Assembly (NCBI RefSeq): GCF_006345805.1
Contig: NC_042999.1
Span: 11,222,001-11,286,000, forward strand
Reading direction: 5' to 3'
Source of the DNA: Octopus sinensis
Taxonomy: Eukaryota
Length of the DNA: 64,000 nt
Shown: in pieces, positions 13,392 through 28,440 of the stretch
How positions within the stretch are numbered: position 1 is the first letter of the stretch
How the letters are laid out: every line of letters begins with the position of its first letter
Position numbers and translations under genes: made by a program
Notes under the pieces: generated by a model
What the model saw: the letters and a program-made list of their open reading frames with translations, nothing else
What the model was told of the DNA's origin: nothing
The model's database searches: none

Positions 13392-14740
13392 TTTCAAATT
13401 TTAGCACAAGGCCAGCAATTTTGGAGGAGGAGTTAGGCTAGTTACATTGACCCTCAGGATTCAACTGGTACTTTACTTTATTGACCCTGAAAGGATGAAA
13501 GACAAAGTCAACCTCAGCTGAATTTGAACTCAGAACATAGAGCTAAAGCAAAAACGTTGCTAAGCATTCTGTCCAACATGCTAATGATCCTGCCGGCTCG
13601 TTACCATAATAATAATAATAATAATTTATGAATAATAATAATAATTTATGAAGACTGATGTAACTTTTAATGAAGGTAAATGCACAATAATACTATCAAT
13701 AATAGTAATTAATAATAATGATAATGATGATGATGATGATGCTAGCATGTAGAAATAAATGTACACCACCACCAGTCCTACTTAGAACTCCCCATCATGC
13801 ACACACACACACACACACACACCCTAGTTTCTATAAATGACTCCAGTTTCATTCTCTCATTTTCTAAGTAGCAGCTAAATGATAACATCTGTTCATTTTC
13901 CAGGTTATTGCTGGGTTGGTTTGCTTTAGAAAATAACTCAATTTAACACACATCTCTTGTTGTGCACCCTAGATTTTCTAACACGGTCTCTCTATTAGGT
14001 TCGTTATTTTCATACAATCTTTTTCTCTGAATAATAATAATAATAATAATAACAATAATGACGACTCTGAAAACATTTTTTAAATTTCCATTGATTTGTT
14101 ACATCCATGAATAAAAGCACTGACTGCTGTTAGTTCTTTCTCGTTTGGGATATTTTGGGGTGAAATGTTTAAAGTTAAAACAACTCTGCAAACTGGTTAT
14201 TTTTGTTTTAATTTATGCAAGGAACCTCGGCCATAAATGTGTCCTACTCCTTTTCTTATGTGTCTAAGTCCCTTGGCCACAGGAGATCGATTAGGACAAT
14301 CGTCATACTGATGATGGGGCATTGAAGCAGAAACGTGTGTCCATGGCTGTGACTCTCCTCCTCTCATCTGCAGACAATAAAACCCGTCCTTTGGAGAATC
14401 CTTGAATCGTGACATTATCTCCCTTCCTCACATGCAGTCAATCTTAATTACTAATTATGATACATTCTCTAGAGGCAGAGGTAATTTTAATAAATTAATC
14501 ATTTATCTTGTATGGTATTTGATATACCTGTCTGATTTTCTAATTCCTAAAAATTAAAATATGGATGGCATGGCTGTGTGGTAAGTAGCTTGCTTATCAA
14601 CCACATAGTTCCAGGTTTAGTCCCACTGCATGGCACTTTGAGCAAGTGTCTTCTACTATAGTATAGCCTTGTGCTGACCAAAGCCTTGTGAGTAGATTTG
14701 GCAGAAACTGAAAGAAGCCCATCGTTTATATATATATATA

Positions 14741-14923
14741 TGTAATATGTGACAATTATTCGGTAGCCATGATAAAACTCTGAGTTTCGGATGCCGAGGT
14801 GGAAATTCTTGCCGCCATCTCTTCAGTTATCCAGCCATCGGAACAACGCTATGAAAAATTTCTACCTCGGCATCCGAAACTTGGAGTTTTATCATGACTA
14901 ATGAATAATTGTCACATATTACA
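14741..14923. repeat. Imperfect palindrome with 67 bp arms
   Basis: Arms 14741-14807 and 14857-14923, about 6 mismatches by eye. Confidence 0.85.
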
Positions 14924-15005
14924 TTTACAGATAAGTTCCTCTATTTACATAATATTGAGGTCTCTTTCATTCTTTTGTTATCTCACCGTTTTTATCAATA
15001 TGTGC

Positions 15006-15054
<49 letters not shown>

Positions 15055-16729
15055 CGCCGCCTTGGCTGGCTTCAGTGCCGGTGGCACGTTAAAAGCACCA
15101 ACCGATCATGGCCGATGCCAGACCCCCCCATGGCACCTGTGTAGGTGGCACGTAAAAAGCACCCACTACACTCGCGGAGTGGTTGGCGTTAGGAAGGGCA
15201 TCCAGCCGTAGAAACATTGCCAGATCAGACTGGAGCCTGGTGCAGCCTCCTGGCTTCCCAGACCCCGGTCGAACCATCCAACCCATGCTAGCGCGGAAAA
15301 CAGACGTTAAACGATGATGATGATATATGTGTGTCTGTGTGTTTGTCACCCCAACATCGCTTGACAACCAATGATGGTGTGTTTACATCCCTATAACTTA
15401 GTGGTTCAGCAAAAGGGACTGATAGAATAAGTACTAGGCTTACAAAGAATAAGTCCTGGGGTTGATTTGTTAGGCCAAAGGTGGTGCTCCAGCATGGCTG
15501 CAGTCAAATGAGTGAAACAAAGAAATGAATAGGTGCATATTCTGCAGTCCTGCACACTGCCTCAGCTTTGCACCAGCTGGCACCTCCTGCACACTGCCTC
15601 AGCTTTGCATTACCTACATCCATACAGATTCTGTACGTTGCATACCTGATTTCCAGCTTCTACATCCACTGAATTTCTTTTGCACTTTGTTTGCATGTTT
15701 TCTTGTTGCATTTTCATTGCTTTTTCGTACATTTTCTATTTTCCCCCTGGGCTCATATTTGCATGTTTTCCAATGCTGTGATGTCCTACCCAACACCCCT
15801 TTTTGCACAATTGGTCTGTGATGCACAGCTTTTAGCTCAGGGTTTTTTGCATCAGACCCTGCAAACGGTGTTATCCTTTATGGTGCTGCTGCATATATTT
15901 GCACTTTCCATTTCTGGCTCCTGCATTTTTGATTGCAACTTTTGCTGGTGCATCCATACATGCCTGCTTTCCAGGATTTGTACCTTTGGCTGCCAGAGAT
16001 CACTCTCTCTGCTCAACTGTTGGGACATATTTTTCTTCTTAACGATGACAGAAAGTAGATTTTTACACCCCCACCCCCAACCTTTCCTCCACCTTTTGTT
16101 CCATTGCTCTGCTCTGCTACAAATTTTAAAAGGTTACCAACTGTGGTCTCAGAGGAGGAGGATGTAGCATGGCAAAAATAGCTGTATTTTGTCCCTTTGC
16201 TGGAAAACGCCATCTGGTGGCATGGCAGCTGACCCCTACATATTCCAGTGTTTTGGGCGCTCCTCTTCCCCTCTCTCTCAACATCTAGGACACCAAGGAG
16301 CCTGAATCTCTCTTCTGCTTAAGGCCACAGACCACATGCGGTCACCGTTGTTCTATCAATGCCTGCCTAGCCGACTTCTTATTGCCATTGCTATAATGGT
16401 GCCTGTTCAATAGATTTCAGACCAGCGTCATTCTCCCGCCTCATGGCAACTTGTTCAGCAAGTAACTCTATTGCCACAGCCTACAAGGGAATTAACTGTC
16501 GTGTTACCAACTTCACTGACACCTGCTATGAATTTGTTAGTCATTCCAAGCCATCAACTGAATACATTTTCTGACTTAAACCTCTCACTTGACACTACAC
16601 GTGTTTCTGTTACTTTCACAATTTTGTTTCGTGACTAATTAGCTTTTACTTGCCATCCAAAAGGATCCAAGACATGTGGATATATGGTTTCTTACATCAT
16701 TGATTCTGAGTAAATTTTATTTATTTTGG

Positions 16730-17394
16730 TAAACAGTCATCATCTACTTCCACACACTTGATAGGTTAATTGTCTAATTATGGCTTCGTCAGTAATCGAT
16801 TTTGCTGCGATGTTGTTGTCATTGACTCCTACCTGTCTTGCTCGTTGAAACAATTCTGCGAGTGATGATATTTTGTCATTTATGTCATCGGTAGTGTCCT
16901 GAATATTGTTGGGAAATCCAGCTTGTTTGAAGCCATTTGCCATTGCATTTTTAGGGACAGATGACCAGGCACATTGCAATAAATGCAGAGCATTGTAATC
17001 CTCTCAGAATCATATAAATATCATGTTTTCACACTCCTTTGTGTTTTCAAATACACAGGAACAGTAAATGCAAAATAAATAGGTTTGCTAACTTCTGTTT
17101 GTGATTCTCAAAAATACACCCTTATTACTCAATGGTTTGTATATAACAGAGAATTACTGAATTTATAATAGCAAAGAAATCTGATGTGACAAGAAGAGTA
17201 ACTATAAAGTATTATTATTATTAGATTGATGGGACACTAATTTATTTTGAGTTAAGCGACTGTTCAACTTAACTGACTTTGAGTTAAGCATAGCTTTTAT
17301 CATGTAAAACAGTGTCCTGGGGTGAGGGCCAGAAAAAAATTTGACCCAACTGAATGTGCAACTTACCTTACTTCAACACAAAGAGATTTTACTG
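16730..17394 (-). mobile_element. pogo/Tigger-like transposon fossil
   Basis: Minus-strand terminus TA|CAGTAAAATCTC at 17394. ALHLLQCAWSSVPKNAMANGFKQAGF resembles the AW..V....I.NCF.KAGF end of DDE_1 transposases. The other terminus was not found. Confidence 0.55.
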
Positions 17395-17396
17395 TA

Positions 17397-20412
<3,016 letters not shown>

Positions 20413-20444
20413 ATTCAATATATAATCATTTATGATTATAGTAT

Positions 20445-20551
20445 TCTACGCTGAAGAGAAAAGAAGTTTCGGTAAGATAGAATTATTTAATATTTAATAT
20501 TTAATTCTTATGCTTTCCTAAAAACTTGATTTCGAAACGTACGTCCGTAGA
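20445..20551 (+). ncRNA. Type I hammerhead ribozyme (minimal helix III, Penelope-like-element type), core intact
   Basis: Helix I TCTACG (20445-50) / CGTAGA (20546-51). CTGAAGA (20451-57). Long helix II closed by G20458-C20533. GAAA (20534-37). Helix III A-C[GTAC]G-T with a palindromic loop. Cleavage triplet GTC (20543-45). Folded by eye only. Confidence 0.85.
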
Positions 20552-20737
20552 TAACTTAAAAAATGTATGATAGATTGCAGTCAATTCATTCTCTCTTACC
20601 TGTTTGTGTCAGCCTTCCAATTGCTGTTTTTACTGAGATCTCCCTTTTTAGTAGAAGAAATAGCTATAACCCTTTGACTGCTATTTCTAAATTCGGTATG
20701 TGGTAAGGCAATTCGTTGCTAAACCCTTATCGCTTAG

Positions 20738-20790
<53 letters not shown>

Positions 20791-20808
20791 GTGTGGTGTG
20801 TGTATATA

Positions 20809-20857
<49 letters not shown>

Positions 20858-20862
20858 GTATA

Positions 20863-20913
<51 letters not shown>

Positions 20914-21038
20914 ATATATGTGTGTGTGTGTGTATATATGTGTGTGTGTATATATGTGTGTGTTTGTATATATATGTGTGTGTGTGTGTGTGTATATATA
21001 TGTGTGTGTGTGTGTGTATATATATGTGTGTGTGTGTG

Positions 21039-21113
<75 letters not shown>
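20738..21113. repeat. Compound (TA)n/(TG)n microsatellite
   Basis: Directly visible. Similar blocks at 17397-17685, 18868-19158 and 20337-20412; degenerate block at 59560-59800. Confidence 0.98.
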
Positions 21114-22482
21114 AAATATAGGTCTGGTGATACATGCAGGAAAATATAGAACTCAAAACCTGAATGTATGTATATAAATGTGTGTATTTATGCATACAGA
21201 GAGAGAGAGAGAGAGGAAGAGCGATGTATGTATGTTTTGTCGTCCCCTACTTTTCTATTCCATATGTAATTCTATATGGAACTAAAAAGAAAAAAACACA
21301 AATAAGGGTTACAAAATTAGAAACATATAACGCATATAAATGTGTGCATGTGTACATAACTCTCTCTCTCTCTCTCTCCTCCTCTTCATCCTCCTCCCCA
21401 GCTTCATTTCCTATTTTCACTATAATCATCACATATTAACCCATACAGGTTTCCACTCTTGACATCTTAAATTCTCTGCTAAATTATACGAAGCAGATGA
21501 AATTCCCCATTCCCCACCGCCCACCTACATTTTTATTTATTTTTATTAAAGATTATTATTTTTTTTTTTTTCCTTTTTGCTTTGAGGCGTTTTTTTTCCC
21601 TAATTCCAAAATAGTCAAATTAATAACCACCACCACCACTAAATGATGGGTAGGTGGTACTTTTGATGCGAGAACCGTTTCTGGAAAGGAAGCATAATTG
21701 GTGATTCCATTGTATTGTTATTAACTGGGTTGTTGTAAGTTGTTGATCAGTGGAGAACTTTACAAACGAAACGAAAATCCTGACATTGCCAGAATAAAAT
21801 GGAATAAAATCAAAAATCTTAGTGTATATAAAAGCCCAATTTCCCCTTTTTTTAACAAAGAAAACCTGCTTTTATAAATTTCAACAGAAACAAATCGACA
21901 ATCTCCAGTTTTTATATCTGGATTGAAATGTAGAATTAGTTTTGTTAACTTTCAGTTTTTAAATTTGTTCTCTGGAAGTTAAAAAGGCATTTTTTATTTA
22001 TTTTTTTGGTTTCTAAATTTTAAAATTATAAGCTTGTACCTGTTATTGCTCTTGGTTTGCAGTATTTTCTTAAAGTATAAATTATATTTCTCTCTGTTTA
22101 TAAAGTTTTTATTTTTTTTTTATTTTAAACTTTTCACTCTAGTTATATATTTATTCCAGTTAGGAAAGAAAGTAACACTTTCCCATAATGTTTTTATTTT
22201 ATTATTTGAGGCACAGTTTCGCAGCAGAAATCTAATTTTAATCCAATGCATTTTAGAGGCGAAACCAGGCTTTATGAAATCTCTCTCTTTCAATTTCTAA
22301 AATTCATATCTGACCTCTCATTCGTAAACCTTAATCTGTTGTAGCTCAAATTCATAATTGAGATGGAAATCAACATCAATATCTGTTCAATAAAACATAT
22401 TGAAAACAATCAATAAGCTCACAACAGTTCATCCGTAGACGGACAATTTGTTGGCCGAAAGACAACTTAGAGACAGGACAAC

Positions 22483-22597
22483 TGTGTGGTGTGGTGCAGA
22501 GTCCTGTTGCCAGACATAGGGTGTTCTAGCAGTCACCCTCTTGACCCAAGGCAGCACATCCCCCTCCAGGTACTTGAGGTAGGCTTCCGTGTTGAGT
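22483..22597 (-). mobile_element. Tc1/mariner (maT-like) transposase fragment LNTEAYLKYLEGDVLPWVKRVTARTPYVWQQDSAPHHT
   Basis: Manual minus-strand translation gives the QQDSAP.H motif containing the second catalytic Asp. The subfamily call is tentative. Confidence 0.7.
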
Positions 22598-22797
22598 GCT
22601 CATGGCCATGTGGGAATTGTTGTCTGCACACAATGTTATCATGGCCTTTAACGTGCACAAGCAGAGCCCTTGCTTTCCACTAATCCTCTTATGTTTACAA
22701 ACAAGTTAATACTTATCCATGGCTGCACAGGTTTTGCACAGAAAATGGGAAACAAAGAAACATTGATTTTGTGTGTGTGTGGGGGGGTGATGACGAA

Positions 22798-24294
22798 GGA
22801 GTGAAATTTAGGATTTCTTGGGGTTTTTTAAAAATCAATTTTGATAAAACTTTTCCCAGCTGGTTTCCACTCTATGGCAAATACCATTGTTAAGCTTTCA
22901 TTATTCTGAGTATTGTCCTTTCTTCTTTATTTTAGATTCTTCAGTTTTTGGGTGAACCACGCTAATAGCTTTTGAATGAAAATAGCCCATCTAGACATTT
23001 TTTTCCAGAAAATTGAAGGGTAACGATACATATTAAGCATACATTGAGTCTATATTTAAAAGAAAATCATAATGTTATTATTGCATTTATTGACATAATG
23101 AATTATTTAGCCACATGAGGGCCATTTCGATGGATAACTTCAAAAACCCTATTAGTCATGGAATCTGTCAATTTCTTAACAGTAGCAGGTTGGATTGCCT
23201 CTGCTGCAGTTTTGATGGTCGCCCATAAGACATCTTTCGGCATAAATTCGCATCCTTCATCCTAAACATCTTGTTTTATGATGGACCAAAGATTTTCAAT
23301 AGGGTTGAGATCTGAAGATGCTAACAGCCACGCCATCAACCTCTCACCTTGTATGCCGTAAGACTCTAGGAATGTTTGGGTGGTCCTGGCAGAGTGGGAG
23401 GGAGTGTTGTCATGCATGAATACAAGATTCCTTAGAAGTGACAGTGGTATGTCATCAAGCCAGAGATCCAAGACCTCCTTCAGAAGATTGCAGCAGGCTG
23501 CTGCAGTCACTTTAACCTTTTCAGGCACCCTGACTAGGCCAACAAGTCTGTCCCCAATAATACCAGTCCACAACATGATCCCTCCACCCTGTTGTTGACA
23601 TCATAAACGTTGGTGACGCTCATCTCCAAAAGAGACCTAACCCTTTTCCCAACTGTCACTTTCATCAATGGTTTTGCCCTGGTTTCATCAGTGAACAGAT
23701 CACAACTCCTATCTGACGTCATGTACTTGTGGGCCCATCAAAGCCTCAAACTCCTGCAAGGAGGTAATTTCAGGGGTTCTCACAAGGAAGCCATGGTCCT
23801 GAGGATGCGATTACAGGTGGTTTTCAGTACATGAGGAAGTCTGGAGGCAGAGAAAACAGCTTTGCTTGTTTGTCCAGGTTTCCCACATAACTTGCGGCCA
23901 ATATTCTTTAAATCCCTAGCTCTCAGTCTTGGAGATCTCACAATCAGATAGTTTCTTCCTTGTCGCTCATGTGGCTAAATAATTGATTATGTCAATAAAT
24001 GTTATAATATTATTATGGTTTTCTATTAAATATAGACTCAATGAATGCTTAATATGTATCGTTACCCTTCAGTTTCTGGGGAAAAAAAAGCCTGGATGGG
24101 CTATTTTTATTCAAAAGTTATTAGCATGGTTCACCCAGAAACTGAAGAATCTGAAATAAAAAATAAAAAAAAGGAAGGACATTACACAGAATAATGAAAC
24201 CATAACAGTGGTGGTGCCATGGGGTGTAAAGCAGCTGGGAAAAGTTTTATTAAAATCAATTCCCAGAAAACTGAGAAATCCTAAATTTCACTCC
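22798..24294 (-). mobile_element. Decayed Tc1-like DNA transposon with DD37E spacing (TRT-like) and ~320 bp TIRs
   Basis: Inverted repeats at 22798-23119 and 23966-24294. Frameshifted transposase 23970->23103 with LFTDETRA...QQQGGGIMLW...FMHDNTPSH...DLNPIENLWSIIKQ. 37 residues between the second D and the E. Confidence 0.9.
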
Positions 24295-26062
24295 GAAGCT
24301 CTTAGCATGGTTCTGGGTGTAAATAGATATAGTGGAGCCTGGTGCTGCAGCTGCCTGGCTCACCAGTTCCACTCAAACCGTCCAACCCATGCCAGCATGG
24401 AAAACAGATGCTAAAGGATGATGATATATAATTCTAGATTGGTGAAATAACAGAATCACTTACTAGTTTTCCAGTGTAGCTCAACCGGTTATTGTTTCTA
24501 CTTAAAGCTGTCCTCTTATAGCAATGAAGTAAATTTCATTTCTATTGCAATTGTTCTGTCCACTTAAGCTTTCATAATAACATTTTTTGAATGGAATGAA
24601 AATCATTTCTACATTTGTATCATCTAAGTTTTCTCCTTTCCAAGCCCATCCTCTGAAAACTTTCTGAAAAAGAGATTCAGCTCTTGAGAAAGCCCTGGCT
24701 TGTGTTCCTGGTTTGCTTTTAAGTGGCCAGACCTCAAAACAAGATTCATCTAATTGTTTACAAAATGAGTCACAACTTTAAAAGATTAAGCAGAAAAAGA
24801 GAAAAATCAGCCTAATTAGGTTAACGGTACAATTATAATGTGTCTGTATTTAGTGAATACAAAGTTGAATTCCTCCGAAAGGAAGCTAAGAGTTTAGAGA
24901 TAAAATTTAATCCTGTAACTTTTAAATATTAAAAGTTATGATTCTCTTTTCCTTGAAACCAAGTAACATGCACATCATCATCATCATCATACGTCTGTTT
25001 TCCATGCTGGTATGGGTTGGACAATTTGACAGGAGCCTGCAACTTCATAATTGAAAACAGAATCTTGATAAAATATTTTCATGCAACATTGTTAACATTG
25101 CTAATAGAGTTTATTTTGTCTCTTAAATTATTCAGAAGCATCAAGTGGTTCGCGTAACTTAGTTGAGGTCTTTCTAGATTCTTCTTAAAGATTTATTAGG
25201 CCAATGGATCTACTTCAAAAATAAGGCAAGATTCTTTTGATTTGTGAGTGATTGGACAAATGAAAGCCAGAAGCACTGAACACGTGTTGTAGGAGCGACA
25301 GATTATTGAAAACAGTTTGATTCAGCCTCATGCTACTTAGTTTGCTCGGCTCTTCACAGAAACCTGGCCAGTTGGGCCCAGGCACCGGAGCCTGTCCAGC
25401 GAAGTTTCTCTAGGAAGATGACTAAATTGCACAGGGCTGAATTACATTGTCCTAAATAATACTAGTCATCATCATCATCATCATCGTTTAATGTCCCTTT
25501 TCCATGCTGGGTTGGATGGTTCGACTGGGGTCTGGGAAACCAGGAGGCTGCACCAATGTTTCTACAGCTGGATGCCTTTCCTAACGCCAACCACTCCGAG
25601 AGTGTAGTGGGTGCTTTTTATGTGCCACCGGCGCAGATAATAATAAAAATTCTTTCTATTATAGGCACAAGGCCTGAAATTTGAGTGAGGTGGATAGGCA
25701 ATTACATTGACCCCAGTGTATAACTGGTACTCATTTAATCAACCCCAAAAGGATGAAAGGCAAAGTCGGCCCCAGCAGAATTTGAACTCAGAGTGTGAAG
25801 ATGGACGAAATACTGCTAAGCATTCCGTCCGCCGTGTTAACGATTCTGCCAGCTTGCCACCATCTTGATGATGATGATGATGATGATGATGATCCTTTTA
25901 ACATTTGTTTCCCATGTTGGTATGGGTTGGATAGTTTGACAGCAAACTCCATTACCAACTTTGATGTGCTTTCTATGGCTTGATGCCTTCCCTAATATGC
26001 CAACCACCTCAGTGTTTACTAGATGCTTTTGGGAAGCAAACTTCTTAACCAGAAACCCATTC

Positions 26063-26093
<31 letters not shown>

Positions 26094-26371
26094 CACTCAT
26101 GCAAGCATGGCCATGTGGTTCACTTCCCTACCACATGAGTTCAGATTCACTCCTACTGTGCAGTGCTTTGGGTCTTCTATTAAAGCTCCTGGCCAACAAA
26201 GCCTTGTGAGGAGTGAGTTTCTTAGATAGAATTTAATAGAAGCCCATCATGTATATATATATGTGGGGGGGAGGGAGAGAGAGAAATCCATCCTTCTAAA
26301 TTTCTGTGTGTTTGTTTACACTTGTCCTTTCTGAACATGACCCTCTACAGGTGGGGTTTTTTTTTTTTTCT

Positions 26372-27236
26372 CAGTCCTGTCCGGAAATTTTGAGACTTTT
26401 TTCAAGAAGCACTTACAACTGTCCTACATAATAATTGTAATTTTAGTATGTCATCGGTATACATCCAGTAAGCTGACCTACCAACATTTTTCATTTCCAG
26501 ATTAAAGGAGACAGCTGTAACAGCATTTTGAACACACCCTACTCCACACTGCTTCTCGCAGCTGACTTGTTAGTAAAATACAGTTGGGACATTGAAGACA
26601 ATTTAGAGGTTTGCGACCCTGGGGCCAGAACGCTACAGAAACTGATGAGATACTGCAGACTGCTTAGGGATTAACTCTCTATAAGGGAAGCATAGATTTT
26701 GTTGCTGACAGCAGAGACTAAGCAGGTCCCGCAGGAAGCCACGATGATCCCCTCTTTCAATGGCAAGGACATCAGCTCTACTGGGTTCACTCTAAGCAGA
26801 CAGGCAACAAAAGGGACTTTGTGGAGGTTTTGAAGGAATTCAGGAAAAGGTTTTCATTGCAAAAGACCTGATGACAATGCTCCCGTCCACAGCTCCATCC
26901 TGGTAGCCGACTATTTGACTGAGGTGGGCATCAGAACTGCCCTTCATTTTCCCTACAGTCCAGACCTTACTTCTTCTGATTGTTCCCCAAGCTGAAGAAG
27001 ATGGAGGCAGTGGCCAGGGTCCTGAACACCTCCACTGTGGAGTACTTCACAAAGTGGCCCCCCACAGAAGATGGAAGCAGTGGCCAGGGTCCTGGACACC
27101 TCCACTTTGGAGGACTTCACAAAGTGGCCACCACAGAGCACTAGAGCAAGTCAGACGATCATCCTAGTTTGTATTTCTTTGGAATTGTTATGGTCTCTTC
27201 TGAAAAAGTCTCAAAACATCTGGAATGCACCTTGTG
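26372..27236 (+). mobile_element. Internally deleted mariner (DD34D) element
   Basis: Imperfect TIRs (ccggaaattttgagacttttttcaagaag / cttctgaaaaagtctcaaaacatctgg). DNAPVHSSILVADYLTEVGIRTALHFPYSPDLTSSD at 26873-26980 (34-residue spacing). Internal ~70 bp direct duplication at 26996-27135. Confidence 0.8.
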
Positions 27237-27879
27237 AAAACCATCCAACAAGCTTCCATACAGTTTCCATCACCCAATTTCACTGACAAGGCTTGGATGA
27301 ACCCAGGACTATGTTAAAGCACACTTTACCAAGATGCCATGTAGTAGAATTGAACCCAGGACCTTGTGGTTGTAAAAGCCAGCTTCTTAACCACCCAGCC
27401 ACACTGTGTCCATTTATGATCACAATCAGCCAATAAATCAGTTGCTGTTATTTAACCCTAGGTCAATATCTGATTGAATAGACTTACAATCAAAACTGTT
27501 CCAGCCATGACCAACCTGTCTTTCTCACAGGCATTGCACAGCTAGGATTATTACATCATTTAAATCGGTATCTCTCTTTTTTCAAGTTTTGGGGGAGATT
27601 TGGTGGTTATTTTTAGCAGAATCAGTGACTTCCCTCCCACATGAATTGGCTATAAATAGCCGGAAGATTTTATTAACTTTCTAAAATTTTGAATTAATTA
27701 TTCTATTTAGTCTGTCAGTTCGGTTGGTTATTTGAAGTCTTTTAATAATAATGTGAGGGTGTAAGAACTTCTATGCTTTTGTTCAGTCAATACAAAATGG
27801 TTTCATGTTACCATTTTTAGACAGAAATACTGAGACGGAACTATTTATTTATCACAAGACTTGTCTTTTTGTCATTTCC

Positions 27880-28440
27880 ATTTTATTTCCTAATGGAATT
27901 GTAAATGGCAATGTTGGAACCGTTGTTTGCTCAGTGGGTAACATCGGAATCCATCTATGGAATTGTTAACTGGAATTTGTTGGTTTTATTTGGGAAGTTA
28001 GATAAACTTTGATATGTTTTGGCCCCAAATTGGTCCCAGGCTATTTAATAGACATGGCCTTAACAAGTGTTCCTTGAAGTGATTTGTCCAGATATTGTTT
28101 AATGGAGATAGGGGTCTTTTTCTTTTCTAATTTGTTTTTGGGATAATGTTAAATAGAGCAGGGCCTGTTGAGGAAAAGAAATCATGTTGCAGTATATATT
28201 TGTGTTGTGGGGCTGAATTATGGAGGGGACGTATAGCATGGAGTTCCCAGCCTTAGATGTATTCTGAAATTGAAGTTAAAGTTGTCTGGAGCAACGATGG
28301 TGGTATTTTCTGCAAACGATGGAGCACTCCATGTGGTGTTGGAGAGAATAAAATTCCAATGAAAATGCAAAAATAATTCTCCAAGTTTGTTAATGGGTCC
28401 AGTTTAATTTTCTAGTGTGTTAAGGGACCAGAGTTTCAAA
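27880..28440 (-). mobile_element. CR1/L2-group LINE 3' ORF fossil
   Basis: Frameshifted minus-strand pieces FRIHLRLG and SSTGPALFNIIPK..RKEKDPISIKQYLDK resemble LINE RT C-terminal GP.LFN.LP...R.......FK..LD.FL motifs. Confidence 0.45.

Noticed and set aside
16163-16620. Possible solo LTR (TGTAGC...TTCACA with AATACA)
   Set aside because: No target-site duplication could be found, so boundaries are unsupported.
22428-22467. ccgtaga-cggacaa-tttg-ttggcc-GAAA hammerhead-like string
   Set aside because: The core is mutated and there is no helix III/NUH; too degenerate to call.
25190-25420. Two opposed CCAAT boxes in unique sequence, as a candidate GID8 promoter
   Set aside because: Short motifs only, with no supportable first exon or donor. 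The GID8 TSS remains unlocated.
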